From: Phoronis australis
Lineage: Eukaryota; Animalia; Phoronida
Assembly (NCBI GenBank): GCA_002633005.1
Contig: NMRA01000312.1
Coordinates: forward strand, 329,850-393,849
DNA: 64,000 bases
Reading direction: 5' to 3'
Numbering within the stretch: the first letter of the stretch is position 1; every line of letters begins with the position of its first letter. Position numbers and translations under genes: made by a program. Under the pieces are notes generated by a model. The model made no database searches. It saw nothing but the letters and a program-made list of their open reading frames with translations, and was not told the origin of the DNA. Of this stretch, positions 51,586 to 63,693 are shown piece after piece.

Positions 51586-52633
51586 CTGAAATAAAAGTTA
51601 CTTACAATAACATAACCATGTGCGTAATATTTAAGATTACAATTGTTAAATTGGTGACACTGCAGTATTTTATGCACTAAATATAAAGGATAAAGTAGGA
51701 TTTCAAATAATATACAATTCACATTCTAAAATGAATTAGTTCTAATAAGGCAGTAAAGGTTAACATGGGCTGGAAGTTTTGTGGTGTAAGAAAATAATGA
51801 GATTTTGCATTTTGGGAACAGATGTTAGATGTGATTAGATCATCAAATATTGACAGAGCTTGATACAAATTTGATCAGACAGAGATTACAGTGATGCACA
51901 TATTTTGGCAGAAAAGTTGTTCAACTCTTTTTGACCAAATTAGAATAATAGCCATACTGGTAATGATTGAGGTTGCTAGGTAAAGAAAGTTACATGACGA
52001 CCATTCCAAGGCAAAAACTCCCTTAAATTGGGCAAATAAAAGAATGATATTCGTTATCGAACAAAATTCCACGGTACAGTTGGTTGAGTTCATGCACTTG
52101 GCCATTCAGATGAGTTGGATTTCACCTTATTTGAATAAATTTCTTAAGCTGCTTGAATCTGACTTAATATGCGAGTCTTATTTCTCATTTTAATCAGGAT
52201 TGGTCAGAAGCAAGACAAGACAGAAACCAACAGGAAACGAAGCATGCCACAATCACAGAAAGGCTTTAAACCTCATTTAACATGGTTTAGCGGGCTAAGA
52301 AACGAAAACAAAATCAGACAGTCATAAAAGTGGTCTCATAATAATCATTGCCATGATAGGATTATATTTCCATTACCAACAAAAACAGTGATACAATCAG
52401 TAACTTAAGAAAACGCTTCAAAGTTTATTTGGGTGGGACAACCATAAACTTGTGGATTCAAAAATGCCATTTGTATGCATTGACTGTGGCTTCATTGCCG
52501 CCCACTCGTTTGACAATAATTCCAAGAGTGAATGAGCATGTTTTAAGACCCTAAAGCGTTTTTAAAAATCCAACTGCGACAACTAAACAGGGGTACCGTG
52601 CAGCTTCAAATAACACGTGATCAGACAACATAC

Positions 52634-52767
52634 CTTCAAAATCCATAACGGTCTCATCTGCGTCTTCCTTGTCGCCGTCGTAGCCAGACATGAAAGAATC
52701 ATTCAACAGATCATTGCATTCCAACGTGGGCGTGCCAGCCAGTTCACGATCAGCTACTCCATCGCTT
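52634..52767 (-). CDS. CCNF: Cyclin F exon (GTPTLE...SGYDGDKED)
   Basis: ggttgcag acceptor, gtatgt donor, 134 nt; resembles vertebrate cyclin F TPT...SGYEGDQE. Confidence 0.85.
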
Positions 52768-53213
52768 CTGCAACCAATCAACACCACATGACATCCTAAG
52801 CAGGAAATATTAAAAGGCTACCTCACTCAAACTGAGCATGGAGGTCAGCTGACCAATCCATGTGTTGAAGTATTTTAAACTGAACAACTCCTAACTAAAA
52901 ACGTTTTGTCAAAAAATATTTCGACCCCTTGCTTTTATAAACGTGTTCCAACTTTTTTCTTTTCTCTTATTGAACGTGACATCTGCACCTGGGACACAGT
53001 TGGGTATTGCTAGAGACTATGCTCGGCGCATACAAGAATCAGCCTGATCTCAAGTCATAATGAACTGTCAGTAGTACCCGCACTCACAGAAATTACTTCA
53101 AGAGTGGTGATCCCCCATGCCCAAGAATCTTGGATATCCATGTGCGGTGGTTAAGTCAAAATGATGATGTTGAGAAATTGACTGTCTGTTAAGCACAATA
53201 AAGAACTACTCAC

Positions 53214-53347
53214 CTGTCGTGATGCTTCATACGGGATGACGGTGACATGATAAGATGCTTCGTATTCATACGCCCCCAAGACCGATTCACATAGTCACAG
53301 CTGAACTCCATACCAAATAGTTGCGTCAGCACCTTTTTCTCCACTCC
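53214..53347 (-). CDS. CCNF: Cyclin F exon (GVEKKVLTQLFG...MSPSSRMKHHD)
   Basis: ttttag acceptor, gtgagt donor, 134 nt, phase 0-2 bridges the neighbouring exons. Confidence 0.75.
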
Positions 53348-53979
53348 CTAAAACAAATAAATACCTCGTATAAAGCATTAACTAATTACCAATATTAGAT
53401 CTCTATTCATTCAGGATTCAAATTGCTATAGTGCCATATTCAATCAATAAGCATGTGTACCTTGATAAGCACACAGAGTATTTTTGCAGGTGCACTCACC
53501 ACACAAAAAACTGCACAGGGATACATTTTATCAAAGGTCACAAGTCTGGTCTGAGCTTGGAAGATCGTAACTTTATTAAAATTTTATGCAGCTTGTGAAG
53601 GCAGCTGTTTTAGCACGAATATGAAAAGTTATCAACTTTATGTCAGTTGCAAAATTTTTGCTCTTCTAAACAAACGGAGTGCAGTATTTATTACAAATTC
53701 TCTACGACTGTGTTTGTTGTGACCAGACTCAGGGTCATTAATAAATTGGAACCGAGATATGTATAACACAGGCTTTTGGCTGATGTTCAGCTAGACATGC
53801 TGTTTTAAAATGCATCTTTGGAGAATCGAATATGTCAATGTGTTCTGTGGCTGAAAATCAACACCTAAGTAAAAATTAGGATACAGCATTCCTTTCCATG
53901 TCGACTTCTGAAAACTGCTTCAGTGTGGTGATATAGTAGCAATGTGAGAGTAATTTGTTTACAATGACATAAAGCCCAC

Positions 53980-54079
53980 CTGAACTTCAGCAACACTGTT
54001 AAATTTCTCATCACTGTAGCGTGTTTTGACTGCTTGCAGCTTTACATCTCGGTGATCAACCATTGGTCCAACAACATAA
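53980..54079 (-). CDS. CCNF: Cyclin F exon (DHRDVKLQAVKTRYSDEKF)
   Basis: Splice sites, 100 nt; resembles human DYRQVSLTAVKQRFEDKRY. Confidence 0.9.
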
Positions 54080-55111
54080 CTGCAAATTGAACAAAGGTCA
54101 AATCCATAGAATTCAAGACTACAGCAAGCCAACTGATGACATACACGTATTGAGTTTGTTTCAAACACACAGAAATTTCCACTGCAGAAATGTCATAAAG
54201 ATAAGAGCTAGCACAACTGAATTAGGTACTTCCAGATGAAGCAGAAAAATGAATAAATGCACCTACAGAACAACTGACGGATGAAAAATGCAACTTTTTA
54301 TCAAAAACTGAGAAAGTTGTGCCACAAGAAGCAAAAATCAAAGTTTAGTTCACTGAATTATATATCCAAAAACTTCAAAGCACTCAGTGTTAAATACCGA
54401 CCTAGTGATTACGTTCAGACAATAGAGATGAAAATGGCAGATGTGTGCTTTGTGGTCATTGTTGCTAGATTCTATGACGTAGTATTTTAAGGTGTTATTA
54501 GTGAAATATTGTATGGGTAACGTTGCAAAGCGTGGCATCAACAACCAGTCGTTTAATTCCAATTTCAGACAAAACAAAAACAAACCCCGAGCAGACCCAA
54601 CCCATTACTTCAGACTTCATAGCACCATTCGTTATTCACATACCACACAAATTGTTGGTAAATTTCAGGGCAAGATTAGGGTATCTCATTATTTATGGAT
54701 CATCGCACGCACATGACCAGAGAGCCATACACTGGTGGACAGTGTATAACTTCCCTAGACACACTAATTTGGATCATGCTCTATGAATATAACAAGAGAT
54801 TCACAAACACTTTCCCTTAGACCTAATTGCCCTCAAATACATTTAAACTCAAGTCACAAGTGTGACGTATCGTTTTGAATAGTTTTTCTCCTTGAATTAA
54901 GAACACGTCAATAAGTGACTTTAATTTCAAAATAAAATGTGCCATTTCAGTTGATTAGTTTTTTGACAGGTCAGTCAGCAGAATTTGGACTCGGTTACAA
55001 AGCCAATAATCCTCTGAGTGCGAATACTGACTCTCCTTGTAAAGTGCGCTGCTACCCAGTTTTCATTCACCAGATGGCAATATAAAGAACAATAGCATTA
55101 GCATGACTCAC

Positions 55112-55380
55112 CATCTGCCATGGAGCAACACACAACAGTCCATGAGAGCATGCAGATTGTATCCAGTGAACTGGCACATTACATCCGGCCACGGTTCATG
55201 GCTTAGCGTGAGCCGAGCCAAAAGGACGCAAGAGGCAGCGATTTGCGAGAATGAGAAGCTATCGACGACAGTAAGCTCAAGTAGAGACATCTCGCACAGA
55301 TACTCGGAAAGATGTTGCGTCTTTGCATTGCAAGATGACAACTCACAGAATAGTTTGACATAATCGAGTATTGTGGGTAC
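55112..55380 (-). CDS. CCNF: Cyclin F exon, cyclin C-terminal fold (VPTILDY...HLSEYLCEMSLL...PW...TGY)
   Basis: Splice sites, 269 nt, strong cyclin_C similarity. Confidence 0.92.
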
Positions 55381-55724
55381 CTGAAAAATTACAACGAGCA
55401 ATAGTTTTAGAGACTAAACTTGTAATTGAATGTAAGACAAACTGTCACCGTCATGCACTGTTATAACTGAGTGCAAGAATTACATTATGCAATGCAAAAT
55501 CGTAGTACCAGGGTGCTCTTTTTGGAAAAGGATAATTTTTCAACAATTGAAGTTTGAAGTTAAACTTGCACCAAAAAATGTCATCAATTTAGGATCCAAG
55601 ATGGCGGACAAGTGAAAAGATGTTTTATTTTCATAAAAGATATATAGTGCAAAATAGATGTTAAATATCTTTTTTGTTCTGTACCAAAGTAACCATCAGA
55701 CAATGCTTTGAGAAGTTGTGTTCA

Positions 55725-56294
55725 GGGCTGTACCAGCAAAATCTGTGTGGGAGGGGGGGGAAGGCAACTGAAATAAAAATTTATGGGTGGTTGCGTTTGA
55801 CTTAAATTCAAAATGGCTGGTGGTCATACTTCAAAAAAAATTTAAATTTACAGGTCGTTGTTGTTTCATTGGGCCATAAATGTTTGATGGTGGGTAATTT
55901 TAGTAAATTTTATAAACAATCTGCACAGAATCAAAAACTGAAACAAAAATGCAACTTGCAAAGAGCTCCGACTTTTTCACTCCCTCCGATCTCCTCATCG
56001 GCATGCCCATAACACCATTTAACCACAGGTTCTCGAATTTCTCGATGGCTAATAACCATATATAAAAAACATATGTTTTCTTAGTAATGAATGACGTTAG
56101 TGGTGATGGAGGAACAGATAAACTCAAGCGCCTGTGCAGTCAACCACAAGAACAAAAAAAAATTACGGGTGGTTGCATTTCAAACTTATAAAAAATTACG
56201 GGTGGTAGGCTGAAGAAATAAATGAAAAATATGGGTGGTGGGTGCGAAAAAAGGTGCCTTCCCCCCTCCCATACAGATTTTACTGGAACAGCCC
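55725..56294. mobile_element. PIF/Harbinger-like MITE, copy 1
   Basis: ~30-bp TIR GGGCTGT[A/T]CCAG[C/T]AAAATCTGT[G/A]TGGGAGGGG; 3-bp TSD TCA. Confidence 0.9.
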
Positions 56295-56468
56295 TCAATC
56301 AGAATAATGTTGAAAGCCTTTGAAAAATGAAAAAAGTAAATTTTGGCAATAAAGTTTGCCCGAAGCTTTACTGTTCAAAACGTTGAACGTTTAATGGGCA
56401 GGTGTTTCTGACTTTACTACAGTAAAATCGGAAAAAATAGCAGAGTTAGAACAACAATACAAAAATAA

Positions 56469-56580
56469 AAATAAAACGACAAGCGTCGATACCAAAATAT
56501 ATTAAAATACTCCCCATTTTTCGCTTGAAACATGGGGAATATTTTAATGTATCTTAGTACCGACACTCGTTGTTTTATTT
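56469..56580. repeat. Inverted repeat/hairpin with ~49-bp arms
   Basis: aaataaaacgacaagcgtcgatacc...tccccat pairs with atgggga...gtaccgacactcgttgttttattt; 8 mismatches, all transitions. Confidence 0.85.
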
Positions 56581-56847
56581 TTACTAGTTTTACTACTTTA
56601 TATTCTTATCTGTCGGTAACTGCACGGCACGCCAGCATCTATTTGAGTTATTTATTAACATAAAAATGGAACACATTTAGTCTCCATGATGTACACTCAT
56701 ATAATGTAAACACCAAACTCTGCAGGCTTCCCACCTTCAACAAAATATTTATTTTTACTTTTACTGTCAGTTAAAATTAAGTCTTGTAGATGTTTGACTG
56801 AATGCACACTTGTCAATAAGGCTCTACATAACATTCCTAGCACGACT

Positions 56848-56958
56848 TTCTATTGAGACGACATCACTCACACTTCTATTGAGACGACATCACTCACACT
56901 TCTATTGAGACGACATCACTCACACTTCAATTGAGACGACATCACTCACACTTCTATT
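56848..56958. repeat. Minisatellite, 26-bp unit x ~4
   Basis: ttctattgagacgacatcactcacac repeated. Confidence 0.9.
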
Positions 56959-56980
56959 CTCGCAATGGTGTGACCCTTAC

Positions 56981-57104
56981 CCTGATTTTCCCTTTGAGCA
57001 CTGATATGATTTCACCCATCATCCTGACAACATCCTCGTATTTGTAAGTATTGTCAGTGAGCCAGGCAGCCTCTCGTATCGTGATTATGTCTTTGTTGAT
57101 AAGT
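56981..57104 (-). CDS. CCNF: Cyclin F exon (LINKDIITIREAAWLTDNTYKYEDVVRMMGEIISVLKGKIR)
   Basis: Splice sites, 124 nt; near-identical to human TIREAVWLTDNTYKYEDLVRMMGEI; absent from the ORF track. Confidence 0.95.
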
Positions 57105-57743
57105 CTGAAAGAAATGAGTCATATTGAAAGCACTGCCAAAAATCCAACACCTCAATCCTGGTCATGAACTACAGTCATAGCACAAGCAAGAAGATATTAA
57201 TTCATTACCAAAACAAATGACATCTAAACCCCACTAAATTTCGAGTTTTTGACAATGGTTCAAAAGAAGAGAAGATGAGACAGTCAGTAAAAAATTAGAT
57301 AAATAAGCCTAGTCCTTGCACATGTTTGAAAATATAACTTTTGTCCTCGGTCTTAATATCAGATGCTTGAGGCGCATTCCCCAGACGCGAGAAACTTGTG
57401 AGAAAAGCAAGTCTGATCATTCACTTTGCTTTTAATGCATGGCAATATCTCGCATCGCATGATCTTGCTTTTCTGACTTCAGGACCGTGCTGGCGTGCTC
57501 TACAGACCACAGCCATGTTTTAAAGCAGTCACCAGCTGACAGTTCTCCTCAAGTCCACAGATTATTATTGAACTGAGTAAGGAATAGTATTAAGGTGGCC
57601 TAAATGATAACTTATGTGCTTTGACAGAAAGTCAGTATACACAGTAATTCACTTTCCACAAGAGTCATCATCTTTCCATTTTTCAAGAGCTGATTACTTT
57701 GTGGCAAATTACCAAATATTGTTTTATGGCATCTACAGTATAA

Positions 57744-58130
57744 ACCAGGGCCCGGTCTTTAATCTTTGTACTCGAAACGAAATTATTTTTGGCAATTTCT
57801 CTGCTCTTTTTGTACAAACTCAAGATAAGTGGTTATCAGACTGCTCAAATACATTATAGTTTATGCATATGAACTTCTAGTCCAAATATTCACTTGAAGA
57901 TCCTTATATTCGTGCTACCAACTCGAGTAAAAACTCGAAATTTTTTAGTTCAAACTCGAACATTTAGTTTTAATGTTGAATTTGTCAACTGCAAACTAGG
58001 GCTAATAAATCATCCACGTAAGTCATTATGTAATAGACACTTATCTTGAGTTCGCACAAAAGAAGATTAAAAAATGCCAAACATTATTTTGAGTTCCAGT
58101 TAGAGTAAAAAGATTCGAGACTGGGCCCTG
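57744..58130. mobile_element. MITE (Harbinger-like); partial relative at ~10260-10372
   Basis: ccagggcccggtctttaatctttgtactc / gagtaaaaagattcgagactgggccctgg inverted ends. Confidence 0.7.
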
Positions 58131-58302
58131 GCCAATCATATACTAAACAAAAAATTGTAAATCTCTGTTCTTGTGGACAAATCTTACAAAATAAAATTTA
58201 CCCTGCCCAAAATCCTGAAGAATTGCCGCAACACATATGTGTCAATAACTACTTGAAAGAAGTATGCAAGCAAAAACACTGCTTCAAAAAGACTACAGTT
58301 AC

Positions 58303-58467
58303 CTAGAACAGAGCACCATAGCAGCAACCCCCAGCAGTTGTAGTTTAGTTCTCGGTACAGGGTGGCATAGAAGGAAGCGGTCAACCACACTGATGGCTGT
58401 GTGCAAGGTTAGACTAGAAAAGTCCTTCATACCAGCGACCTCTACCAGCCAGTCGACAAGAATGTAC
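58303..58467 (-). CDS. CCNF: Cyclin F exon, cyclin box (YILVDWLVEVAGMKDF...LQLLGVAAMVLCS)
   Basis: Splice sites, 165 nt; completes the cyclin F MRYIL patch. Confidence 0.97.
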
Positions 58468-58573
58468 CTGTAGGTTAATTGACATCTTTTATTTGTTATG
58501 AGTTCACGCAACACGCTGTACTAGAAAGAAAGTGGCAAAAATTTAGTTGACAATATAGATCTAAATTTCCTTA

Positions 58574-59655
58574 GGGCTGTTCCAGTAAAATCTGTATGGG
58601 AGGGGTGGAAGGCACCTTTTTTTCGCACCCACCACCCATACTTTTCATTTATTTCTTCAGCCTACCACCCGTAATTGTTTATAAGTTTGAAATGCAACCA
58701 CCCGTAATTTTTTTTTTGTTCTTGTGGTTGACTGCACAGGCGCTTGAGTTTATCTGTTCCTCCATCACGCAGGGCTTGGAATGACCAGTGACAAAAAACG
58801 TGGAAACTTTTATGGTCCAAATCACGCGCACTAGCCAGCCTTGAAATGGTCGATGTGAACCCGTCCCCGACAAATATCGGGAGGACTAAAAAAAAAACGT
58901 TACCACCATCAGTAGCATGCGTCTGCGTCCTTTTGGGTCGCCCATCGACTCCCAATCCACACACTTTTGGCTGCAGAGCCGTAGTATTTGTCGCCGCGGT
59001 TTACAGTAACGCGAGACGCCATTGAAAATCCCACCACGCTATCCCAGATGCCCCGGCAATGTTGACAATTTACGTTCCTCCGAAACATAAAGAGCAACTT
59101 CCACTTTTCGAGGTGAACGTCGTCTGCAACGCCGCGGTAAGAAAGGAATTTGCCGCGGAAATTTTATATCAAATCCGATTTTTTTACGCGGAAATATAAT
59201 AAAATGCGCGGAAAGAACATTTGAAAAAAGCGGAAATCGGCGTTTCCGCGGAAAACTCCAAGCCCTGATCACCACTAACGTCATTCATTACTAAGAACAC
59301 ATATGTTTCTTATATATGGTTATTAGCCATCAAGAAATTCGAGCACCTGAGTGTGGTTAACTGGTGTTATGGGCATGTCGATGAGGAGATCGGAGGGAGT
59401 GAAAAAGTCTGAGCATTTTGCAAGTTGCATTTTTGTTTCAGTTTTTGATTTTGTGCGGATAGTTTATAAAATTTACTAAAGTTACCCAGCATCAAACATT
59501 TATGGCCCAATGAAACAACAACGACATGTAAATTTTTATTTTTTTGAAGTACGACCACCAGCCATTTTGAATTTAAATCAAATGCAAACACCCATACATT
59601 TTTATTTCCGTTGCCTTCCCCCTCCCCTCCCACACAGATTTTGCTGGAACAGCCC
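58574..59655. mobile_element. PIF/Harbinger-like MITE, copy 2 (inverted relative to copy 1), carrying a nested insertion
   Basis: Same TIRs, 3-bp TSD TTA; sequence is the reverse complement of 55725-56294 apart from the insert. Confidence 0.9.
58770..59267. mobile_element. Nested hAT-like MITE (CAGGGCTTGGA TIRs)
   Basis: Absent from copy 1 (empty site ctccatcaccactaacg); flanks atcacg/atcacc; repeated cgcggaaa motifs. Confidence 0.85.
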
Positions 59656-59785
59656 TTAAACTTTTGAGCAGAAATAGAAATCTGCACGGCGTACAAATTA
59701 TGTGATCACTTCACCACATCAATGGTGTGTTGCAGTCATGAACCACATTCATATGCTTTAAAACTAAAACCATTGTATTACGTAC

Positions 59786-60015
59786 CTCATGGAATGTGTC
59801 AGCTCAGAGCTTCTACGAAAGACATTGGATAGTTGCAGAGCTTTCGAGGACTGGACAAACTCTCTGACAGTAGACGCAGCCAGCTCGGCAGAGATACCTC
59901 CCAGAGCTCCTGCAGCGTACGAATTACACAGAGCGAGACGAGCCTCAGTGTGCCCAAAACTGGCAATGTCACGTAAACAACGAATGCACTCGAGTTGACC
60001 GGCCTTGTCAAGCAC
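59786..60015 (-). CDS. CCNF: Cyclin F exon (LECIRCLRDIASFGHTEARLAL...LTHSMR)
   Basis: Splice sites, 230 nt; resembles human FRKLRDYAAKGCWEAQLSL...LNDTMR. Confidence 0.92.
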
Positions 60016-60615
60016 CTGCGGAACCAAACTAAAGTAGATTAGGCATTTTCATTAAATTTCTGAAAGCCTTTTACAGCGGTTGCCAAGCCACGTTCTGCAC
60101 TTTTGATATAAATCACTTACCGCTAAGAAATTGGTCTCAACTTCGTTACTCAAGCATTTTTGGGTTTGCAAAGAACTGATGGTTTCTTATTCCTTGAGAC
60201 CATACTCAACACATAAAATGACCTGCCATGACAAGCCAGCTTGTAGAGCCTGGTTTCATGCAAAATTCAACTGCCAGTTCTTTTGAAGCCTTGAAATTTC
60301 TTCCAATTTGACTGAGGAACAATTTGAGACCAATTTCATAATTGTAAGCAGTATAAATCAAATGTTGGTTTTTGCGATAAAAGATGGGTCTATATCATCT
60401 TTAAATCATTTCAGATTCATTTCAAGACAGTACATCCAACAGAGAAATTCCTGGCAATTGACTAACTGAAACCAATTTCAATTCAAATGAAAAATAAGAC
60501 TGCCATAAAGTTTTGAAAAAGCAAATACCCCTGTGACAAAAGTTGATGTTTTTAACACCAGAACATGGTTAATAGAGACTTTAAGAAAACATCGCAGAAT
60601 CAGTATTCAACCTAC

Positions 60616-60771
60616 CATAGACTTTCTCTTATGCTCCCACAGTAGATAGGCCGTGTCTGAACATTTGCAACTCGACGCCCTCTCCAAGTAGGTTATTGCC
60701 TCTTTCTGTTGTTCGTCTCCAAGAAGTAGAAGGATTTGCACAACGCATGATAATACTGAGTTATTCTCATC
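60616..60771 (-). CDS. CCNF: Cyclin F exon (DENNSVLSC...AYLLWEHKRKSM)
   Basis: Splice sites, 156 nt, phase 0-0; YLLWE conserved. Confidence 0.88.
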
Positions 60772-61047
60772 CTGAAAAATGATAAAATATATCTCCAATA
60801 AGGGTTGTTCAAGCAAAACCTGTACCTGAGGAGAAAAGGCACATTTTTTACCCCACCCTATTTTTGTCTTAGTTGCCTCACAGTTTTTAATTACTTCAGA
60901 ATGAAAGAATCCATATTTTTGCATTCAAACAAGACAATTGTTCATTTTTGGCACTGGTAATATTTGCTGAACATTGAATTGTAATGCAGTGTGTTAATTG
61001 CAATCACAGTTCCTGAAACAATTGCGATAAACTGGATAATTCTATAC

Positions 61048-61238
61048 CTGTAAACAAGATTTTTTCATCTTGTTGAAGACATATTCCTTACAGCAAGCAC
61101 CGTTTAGAGACCACGGAGGTCGAATAAACAACCAAGTGAAAGACGACACATTAGGAGTCAGTAGCTCTGCCTCACAGAACATGGCTGCCGCTCGATCACC
61201 GTTGATTGTCATGAGTTCACCGCCTACTGACTCGGGTA
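61048..61238 (-). CDS. CCNF: Cyclin F exon (FTWLFIRPPWSLNGACCK)
   Basis: Splice sites, 191 nt; diagnostic WLFIRPPWS...CCK motif. Confidence 0.95.
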
Positions 61239-61780
61239 CTGAAATAATGAGGACATTAAAGGTAGATAGTCAACCAAATTGTGGAATATTTAGAGTGATA
61301 TTGATAGAAAAACATAAAACAAGAAAGGCAAGTAACCAGGCTTGCCCAGTTTGCACACTTCTCAACAGTCGATTGAAAATATTGAGTTTTAAGTCTCAAA
61401 ATGTCGCAATGCAAATAATAAATGTAAGCCAGCAGCTACCAGAATTGTTGCAAAACAGCATTCAAAATATCTCCCTAGGGTCTATTGGGTATGTTTTAAA
61501 TAACACTAGTTTCTGATGGAGATAAAATGTGGATACTGTACAGTTAAACAGCCATGTTTTCAAAATTAACAAAAAAATAAAAAATATGCTAAAAGTCAGA
61601 TAGCTGGGTCCTTAATCACAATTGATTTGAGCACCAGTTACTTTCACTGAGAGCAACTGGTTTGCAAATCACTTTTAAATCAAGGACCCACATATATGAT
61701 TATTACCTGAAACATTATAAAAAGAAACAATTTACTATGTATAAATTTAAAATGTAGACAAAATACTTAATTTTACTTAC

Positions 61781-61848
61781 AGCCCTCACTATAAAGATAA
61801 GCCACTCCAAGTTTTAGTAAAGCTTCAACATTGCCTGCTTCAGCCGCC
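61781..61848 (-). CDS. CCNF: Cyclin F exon (AAEAGNVEALLKLGVAYLYSEG)
   Basis: Splice sites, 68 nt; resembles human AAEKGNFEAAVKLGIAYLYNEG. Confidence 0.95.
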
Positions 61849-61941
61849 CTAAAAAGTGAAAGAATTTGAAGGTCAGCTTAAAATTTTTTTGACAAGTGAG
61901 TCTCAATGAATGTTCATCTTTTTGGAAACAATGGTGCACTA

Positions 61942-62366
61942 AAGTGCCGTTTACACTAACAAAGTTGACACGGATCAGCTGACACGGAACAAGTTGTTCC
62001 AGTGTGTAAACGGACTGACACGGAGCAAATTGACACCACGGTGACAAATTTTTGCCGCCCCTTTGTGAGGTAGAGCAATTTGCGCCCGAACATCTTGCGC
62101 CGTGTCAATTATAAGTCTAAACGTGAAACTGGAGCAAGGTAGAAAGGATCATCTCTACTGCGCTTGGGCAATGACCTACGTACAGGTTCTTTGTCTCTGC
62201 AAATCTCGTCATTTGTAAACCTGCGCATGTGCGATCCAGTCTCTCCAGCCTGCAATTTCCATCTTGCCACGGTTAGTGACTTGTGTGTGTAAACGGCCGC
62301 TTGACACGGGTCAGTTTGCTCCGTGTCAGTTGCGCCGGGCCAAAAGTTGATGTCTAAACGGGACTT
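61942..62366. mobile_element. MITE with tgacacgg subterminal repeats; older relative at ~43290-43540
   Basis: aagtgccgtttacac / tgtctaaacgggactt inverted ends. Confidence 0.65.
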
Positions 62367-62682
62367 ATGTGGGATGAATTGGAAAGCAATAGCACTGACT
62401 GGTGACTAAAACCACAAACTACCTGACAACACTTTCAGTGTGAATGATAACAATTTCATAACAGTTACAACTATAAAAAAGAGTTACTATGCAAATTAGT
62501 TGGTCTGAACACAGCTCAAGTATTTACAAGTAATAAACCTGGTCACTGACTGACACTGAGCCATTTTCACCACAATGCAAATGACTAGTGCTCGGCAGGG
62601 GTCGGACCCCCTCATTTATCTGAACAAAACCTTATCATATATACATCAGCACGTATCTATCATCATAATATGATGTGCTTAC

Positions 62683-62789
62683 TTTTCAAAATGCCTTATG
62701 TTTGAGCTGTTTGGCCAAGTGTCGTAAAAGTTGACGTTGGACCAAAGGATGGAATTGCTGTTGATGAGCTCATTAAAGTGGGAATGTAC
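62683..62789 (-). CDS. CCNF: Cyclin F exon (VHSHFNELINSNSILW...WPNSSNIRHFE)
   Basis: Splice sites, 107 nt; C-terminal half of the F-box. Confidence 0.92.
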
Positions 62790-62913
62790 CTAGAAATAAA
62801 GTAATTAATAATATTACAATCTAGAAGTAAAGTAATTAATAATATTACAATCTAGAAGTAAAGTAATTAATAATATTACAATCTAGAAATAAAGTAATTA
62901 ATAATATTACAAT
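62790..62913. repeat. 31-bp x 4 tandem repeat that includes the CCNF splice acceptor
   Basis: ctagaa[a/g]taaagtaattaataatattacaat at 62790, 62821, 62852 and 62883. Confidence 0.95.
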
Positions 62914-63200
62914 CAATGAATGATGAATGAACACGACACAAGAATTGGCATTTTTGTTATACTCATCTAGAAGCAGAGTAAAAAAGACAATTAATAACAG
63001 GACAGTGTAGAAAATTCCACATGCCGCCAGCAGAACCCGGGCCACTGTCGTGAGACTAAAACGTCCAAACCGTTTGACCAAGAGCCCAATTGCCAAGAGA
63101 TTTAGATCTAAGGTTTTATAATACGACTCTACGTCACACCCTGAATTCACACGTCGCAACAACAGTGAACTATCAAGATAATTTCAAAACGATAACTAAC

Positions 63201-63373
63201 TGCTTTCATAGAGAGTAGATCCTTAACATGTAACTCCCGAAGCAAAAGGAGCTGCAGTTCTTCTGGCAGGGACCAGATGGTGACATCACTCCGAGTGCGA
63301 GGTTTCACTCGAGTTGCAAATGGGGATAGACACTGGAACTGGTGCTGGACATTCGAAGAAAAGTTCTGCAGAA
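63201..63373 (-). CDS. CCNF: Cyclin F F-box exon (TIWSLPEELQLLLLRELHVKDLLSMKA); start exon not found in the window
   Basis: ccttacag acceptor, gttagt donor, 173 nt, phase 1-0; F-box LPEE motif. Confidence 0.9.
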
Positions 63374-63568
63374 CTGTAAGGAAATACAAACACAAACGTT
63401 AAGTCTCCTGTTCCTGAGTCTGAGAGGACGCATGTGAAAATTATCATACTTTTCCTTCTCTTCTTTACTCTTAACACTCTTTTTCTTTCTCTTCTTTACA
63501 CTTCTGAACAGAAGTGGTTTTCATTCTCTCCCTTGCATACATTCATTCACTCACGAGTCAGATCAAGC

Positions 63569-63693
63569 TCAGAGGAGTAGGAAACACTTGCAATGCTCCA
63601 CTTAAATGTCTGCCTGTAAAGCCAGGGTTTGAACCCGTGTCTCTCAAACGGGAGTCCAGAGCTCAAACCAGGGTCCAGGGCCACACTGTCTCT
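63569..63693 (-). mobile_element. tRNA-derived SINE, uninterrupted copy
   Basis: B box GGTTCAAACCC on the minus strand; collinear with 4464-4516 plus 6859-6930. Confidence 0.7.
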
